In this document: one piece after another, positions 59,869 to 64,000 of the stretch
Numbering within the stretch: position 1 is the stretch's first letter
Layout of the letters: every line of letters begins with the position of its first letter
Source of the DNA: Candidatus Omnitrophota bacterium
GTDB taxonomy: Bacteria > Omnitrophota > Gorgyraeia > 2-01-FULL-45-10
NCBI GenBank assembly: GCA_030695905.1
Contig: JAUYOL010000001.1
Span: 66,023 to 130,022 of the forward strand
Direction: 5' to 3'
DNA length: 64,000 nucleotides
Translations under genes and position numbers: made by a program
Notes under the pieces: model-generated
What the model was told of the DNA's origin: nothing
Database searches by the model: none
What the model saw: only the letters and a program-made list of their open reading frames with translations

Positions 59869-60722
59869 CACAGGCCATTACCGGCATAAAGCTCAGGATG
59901 CGCAGCGTCGCCAATATCCGCAAAATTACAAGGGCGATGGAGATGGTATCGATGTCAAAATTAAACCGCGTAAGAGCGTCTCTTTTCGCGATGCGTAACT
60001 ATTTTGGCAGGCTCGAGGCCATATTTAATGATTTCCTGGCGCATACGGGTTATACCGCGCATCCGTTATTTGAAAAGCGCCAGAATGTAGAAAAAATAGG
60101 GCTGTGCGTAATAACATCTGATACAGGGTTGTGCAGCACATATAACCAGTTAATTATAAGGGCCGCCGAGGCCTTCATATCGAGATTTCAGAAAGAGAAT
60201 ATAAAGATAGTGACGGTCGGAAAAGAAGGCTACCACCATTTTAAAAAATTGGGTTTTGACATAAAAAGTTCCTATCCGGAATTGCATGGCCGCTATCCCG
60301 GAAAGCTGACGGAGAAGATGGCATCCGATCTAATAAGTCTTTTTTTAAACAGGGAAGCCGATGAAGTGTACGTGGCATATACGCATTTCGAATCGACTTT
60401 ACGGCACAGGCCAAAAGTGGAGAAATTCGTTAATATAGAATATAAAGATATAGGCTACGAGGATTACCTTATATTGGAGCCCGATATAAATGGTGTCGCG
60501 CAGGAGCTGGTCCCAAAATATTTATCCGAAAAGTTTCGGCTAACTCTTCTGGAGGCGCTTACGTCGGAGCATGCGGCAAGGATGTTCGCTATGAAGACGG
60601 CGACGGACAATGCGAATGAATTGATGGATACATTAACATTATTGAGAAATAAAGCGCGCCAGGCCGCGATTACAAAAGAGGTCATCGAGATTGCCTCGGG
60701 CGCGGAAGCTATGAGGGAGTAA
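59865..60722 (+). CDS. atpG: F0F1 ATP synthase subunit gamma
   Basis: N-terminus [11 protein letters not shown] ... [10 protein letters not shown]. Confidence 0.9.
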   Translation: MTQAITGIKLRMRSVANIRKITRAMEMVSMSKLNRVRASLFAMRNYFGRLEAIFNDFLAHTGYTAHPLFEKRQNVEKIGLCVITSDTGLCSTYNQLIIRAAEAFISRFQKENIKIVTVGKEGYHHFKKLGFDIKSSYPELHGRYPGKLTEKMASDLISLFLNREADEVYVAYTHFESTLRHRPKVEKFVNIEYKDIGYEDYLILEPDINGVAQELVPKYLSEKFRLTLLEALTSEHAARMFAMKTATDNANELMDTLTLLRNKARQAAITKEVIEIASGAEAMRE

Positions 60723-62370
<1,648 letters not shown>

Positions 62371-62379
<9 letters not shown>

Positions 62380-63762
62380 CATCAGGCCCAGTTGCAGGAA
62401 AAGAAGCAGATGGGCGAGCGCAAGGCCCGGTATAGCGATTGCGATTCCCGCCTTTAACCATTCAAGAAAAGATATCTGACATATTTTGCAGCGTTCAAGG
62501 TGTCCCACGGCCACTATATTTGCGGTACTGCCTATTATCGTAAGGTTCCCCAATATAGTTGATCCGAAAAGAATTGCCCACCATAGAGGGAATACATCCA
62601 CGCCCATAGAGCCTATATCTTTTATTATGGGTATAAAAGTGGCGACCGCCAGCACGTTATCCATGACGGCTGTAAGCGCGCCGGATGTCCACACACATAT
62701 GGACATCAATAGCGGAATATTTTTCCCCGCGGAATCCACTATGTTCTTTGCCACGACGGATGTTATACCCTGATATGTCAATGTGCCCACGGACGCGAAT
62801 AGAAAGAGAAAGAACGCAAGCGTCCACCAATCGACCTTCCTCTCGACTATGTCGCGGGCCTGTTTGCGCCCGATAACCAATACTGTCGCAGCTCCGATTA
62901 TAGACGTTCCCAGGAGCATTGTGTTTTTTGCGAGGCCCAGCAGATGCTCTATCTGGTGGTGCAGCACAAGGCATACGATAACGCAGGCAAATACCGCCCC
63001 GGCTATAATGGTATCCCTTGGCATCACTTTCTTTTCCGGTATAGCTTCCTTTATAGCTTTTTCTCTTTTGTGCGCCTGCATGGCGGCATGAAGCTCTTTT
63101 ATCGGTTTTGAGTAATATATAAAGAAAGCGGCTATCGTCGCCAAAAGGACTATGATGGATATTGGCGTAGCCCATCTTATGAAGTCCATGAACCCAAGAG
63201 AACTGCGCAAGGCTATTATGACGCCTATAGGGTTACCTACTACTGTAGCGCTTGAACCTATGTTTGTGGCGAAGACTACCATTATAATAAAAGGGACGGG
63301 GTTTAATTTATATCTGCTTGTTATGTTGAGCATCGCTGTTATCATGAAAAGGATACTTGTGACTTCGTCGACCAGCGCCGCCGATATGCCGGACATAATA
63401 AGCATTAGTATTATAAGGCGGTTCCCATTCATACCTACCAGCGATATTAGTTTATTTACCAGGTGTTCAAAAAATTGTTTTTCTTCCAGGTAGCCGACTA
63501 TTATCATCATGCCTATTAAGAATAATATTATATCGACGTTAGCGAATTCGATAATATGGGGCACATCCAATAATCCGGCGACCATAAGTATTCCGACGCC
63601 AAATAGCGCGAAGGCGAGCCTGTAGCTCCAGAAAAATATTGCGCCGAAAAATATCGCAGAAAATCCGCCTACGGCTATGAGTTGTTTAGTGGTAAGGCCT
63701 AATGTCGAGGATGCGAGGACCGTTAATATCAGCCCGGCTGTATAAAGAAGCGCGTTTCTCAT
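62371..63762 (-). CDS. ArsB/NhaD-superfamily ion transporter permease
   Basis: Polytopic. Internal repeat architecture typical of CitMHS/ArsB/NhaD. Confidence 0.55.
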
Positions 63763-63882
63763 TTATTTTCCCATTCCTTGAGATTTATGATAACATACGC
63801 ACCTGGTCATAACAAGATTTTTTTGTTGAGCGATATAAGTTTTAGGTGTATATTATATATACTAAAAAGCAGGGGTAAAAGT

Positions 63883-64000
63883 ATGGTAGAAATAAATAGT
63901 GAAAATTTTAGCAAAGAAGTACTCGGCTCGGAAAAAGTTGTCCTTGTGGATTTTTGGGCGCCATGGTGCGTGCCCTGCAAGGTTATCGCCCCGACAGTCG
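63883..64000 (+). CDS. trxA: thioredoxin (partial, truncated by window end)
   Basis: VLVDFWAPWCVPCK active-site region. Confidence 0.7.
   Translation, partial: MVEINSENFSKEVLGSEKVVLVDFWAPWCVPCKVIAPTV

Overview
This 64 kb window reads as a bacterial chromosome of moderate GC, probably an uncultivated lineage. It splits into a mostly core left part, a mobile/defence region, and a core right part.

Core left (1-27.9 kb): a pyrimidine operon (pyrK-pyrD-pyrF-pyrE); tRNA-Val; nth; and a dense c-di-GMP/two-component cluster. That cluster holds a PAS-GGDEF-HD-GYP enzyme, two PAS/dCache histidine kinases and three receiver proteins, and a ~530-nt PAS module duplicated between two neighbouring genes. 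Then come tRNA-Asp, a homospermidine-synthase-like gene, a candidate c-di-GMP-I (GEMM) riboswitch, plsC, a CsaA-like tRNA-binding protein, tRNA-Arg(ACG) immediately upstream of tadA, and tRNA-Ser. These are followed by two tandem secreted paralogs, lptF/G, trxB, tRNA-Phe, rlmI, an HD-GYP gene, a dual MshEN+PilZ c-di-GMP receptor, and a pseudopilin operon.

Mobile/defence region (27.9-53.7 kb): a degraded older island remnant at 27.9-30.5 kb carries an AbiEi/AbiEii-like pair. It is marked by a duplicated remnant of an excisionase-like gene 3' end plus operator-like palindromes. A ~23 kb integrative island at 30551-53655 is inserted in tRNA-Thr(CGT). Its attL is a 38-nt 5' tRNA fragment ending exactly at the anticodon loop, and its tyrosine integrase abuts the intact tRNA. 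The island carries a type I restriction-modification operon (hsdM-hsdS-hsdR) interrupted by three extra genes: a TIR/NDT-like gene, a ParB-like gene, and a Dam-like methyltransferase. The HsdR subunit ends in a complete LexA/S24-like peptidase domain. The island also carries an HslV/proteasome-like Ntn hydrolase fused to a ~400-aa unknown domain, a three-gene TIGR04255-like cluster, and a prim-pol/P-loop replication protein preceded by iteron-like palindromes. Two repeat arrays (TGTGAG/CTCACA and a G-rich 36-mer) and an xis-int module complete it.

Core right (53.7-64 kb): an MBL-fold hydrolase, an MFS transporter, the F-type ATP synthase operon (atpZ/I-B-E-F-H-A-G-D and a short atpC), an ArsB/NhaD-type permease, and a partial trxA at the window end.

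The leading candidates for undescribed biology are the modified type I restriction-modification locus with its HsdR-S24 fusion, the HslV-fusion gene, and the TIGR04255 three-gene cluster.
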